Positions 63,483 through 64,000 of a stretch of 64,000 nt of DNA are shown piece by piece. The stretch is from assembly GCA_030706145.1 (NCBI GenBank), contig JAUZPB010000010.1, positions 6,538 to 70,537 of the forward strand. The letters run 5' to 3'. Position 1 is the first letter of the stretch. The number at the start of each line of letters is the position of its first letter. This stretch comes from Bacteroidota bacterium (GTDB taxonomy: Bacteria; Bacteroidota; Ignavibacteria; Ignavibacteriales; SURF-24). The notes beneath the pieces are model-generated. The model was not told the DNA's origin and ran no database searches. It saw only the letters and a program-made list of their open reading frames with translations. The position numbers and the translations under genes were made by a program.

Positions 63483-63634
63483 AATAAAAACCTGCATTCA
63501 TAATTACTTCTTTTTTGAAAGCAGATCAACTTTTTGCCTTTGGCACAATAAATGTAAATAAATGCTTTTAAAGTTCATTCTTTTTTTCATATTTTTCGCA
63601 TAAATTTTCAACACATTATCCGAGAAAAAGAAAC

Positions 63635-64000
63635 ATGAACTATTTAATAGGAATGGACGGCGGAGGCACAAAAACCGCTTGTATTGCTACAGACTTTGAA
63701 GGTAATATTTTACACCAGTGCACCGGTGGTCCATCGACATTTCTAATGATAGGGACTGATCAAGTCTCTGAAACAGTTTTCAATTTAATTACAGAATGCA
63801 AAGAAAAACTTAATTGCAAGTACGAGGACTTCAAGTCCATTTTGCTAGGTACAACTGGGGCAGGCAGAAGAAGCGATGCGGAAAAGATGGAAGCCGGATT
63901 TACAGAATATGCCGCAAAAAAGGGAGTTTCACTGCCATTTTATGTTGAAAGCGATGCCAGGATTGCTCTTGAAGGTGCATTTTCAGGAAAACCAGGAAGT
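63635..64000 (+). CDS. BadF/BcrA-type ATPase, likely GlcNAc/MurNAc kinase family; C-terminus runs off the window
   Basis: Absent from the ORF track. Manual translation MNYLIGMDGGGTKT...GTTGAGR...VESDARIALEGAF. Confidence 0.85.
   Translation, partial: MNYLIGMDGGGTKTACIATDFEGNILHQCTGGPSTFLMIGTDQVSETVFNLITECKEKLNCKYEDFKSILLGTTGAGRRSDAEKMEAGFTEYAAKKGVSLPFYVESDARIALEGAFSGKPGS

Overview
A low-GC (about 35% by eye) chromosomal segment of a flagellated Gram-negative bacterium. Gene content (group II GGGP synthase, mitochondrial-type aconitase, Bacteroidota-type TAnnTTTG promoters, flagella, heptose LPS genes) points to Ignavibacteria or another FCB-group lineage; this is inference. Left to right: aconitase (cut by the window edge), gmhA, a GGGP synthase, an AraC/GyrI regulator, hemerythrin and two hypotheticals. 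Next come a flagellar switch/export operon (fliLMNOPQR-flhBA-flhF-flhG) and an LPS/surface-glycan locus (WcaJ-like, GT4, two GT9, two GT2, Wzx, methyltransferase, WaaL-like, MsbA). A housekeeping run follows (site-2 protease, xerD, PgpH-like, Cof HAD, SSS transporter, STAS, ligA, RodZ-like, rsmB, GlmU-like, rpmE). Then a tightly coupled ferredoxin / archaeal-type geranylgeranyl reductase / sensor kinase / sigma54 regulator operon, and a hisGDCBHAF(IE) operon with an unannotated His-rich leader peptide and attenuator. The end holds ogt, serA, an AsmA protein, hypotheticals, thioredoxin and a truncated sugar kinase. Most notable: (1) two steps of archaeal-type isoprenoid ether lipid synthesis, with the reductase coupled to a two-component system; (2) the his attenuator; (3) a HisB whose phosphatase domain has decayed. 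I saw no CRISPR array, rRNA, tRNA or mobile element. All calls come from motif reading, not database searches.
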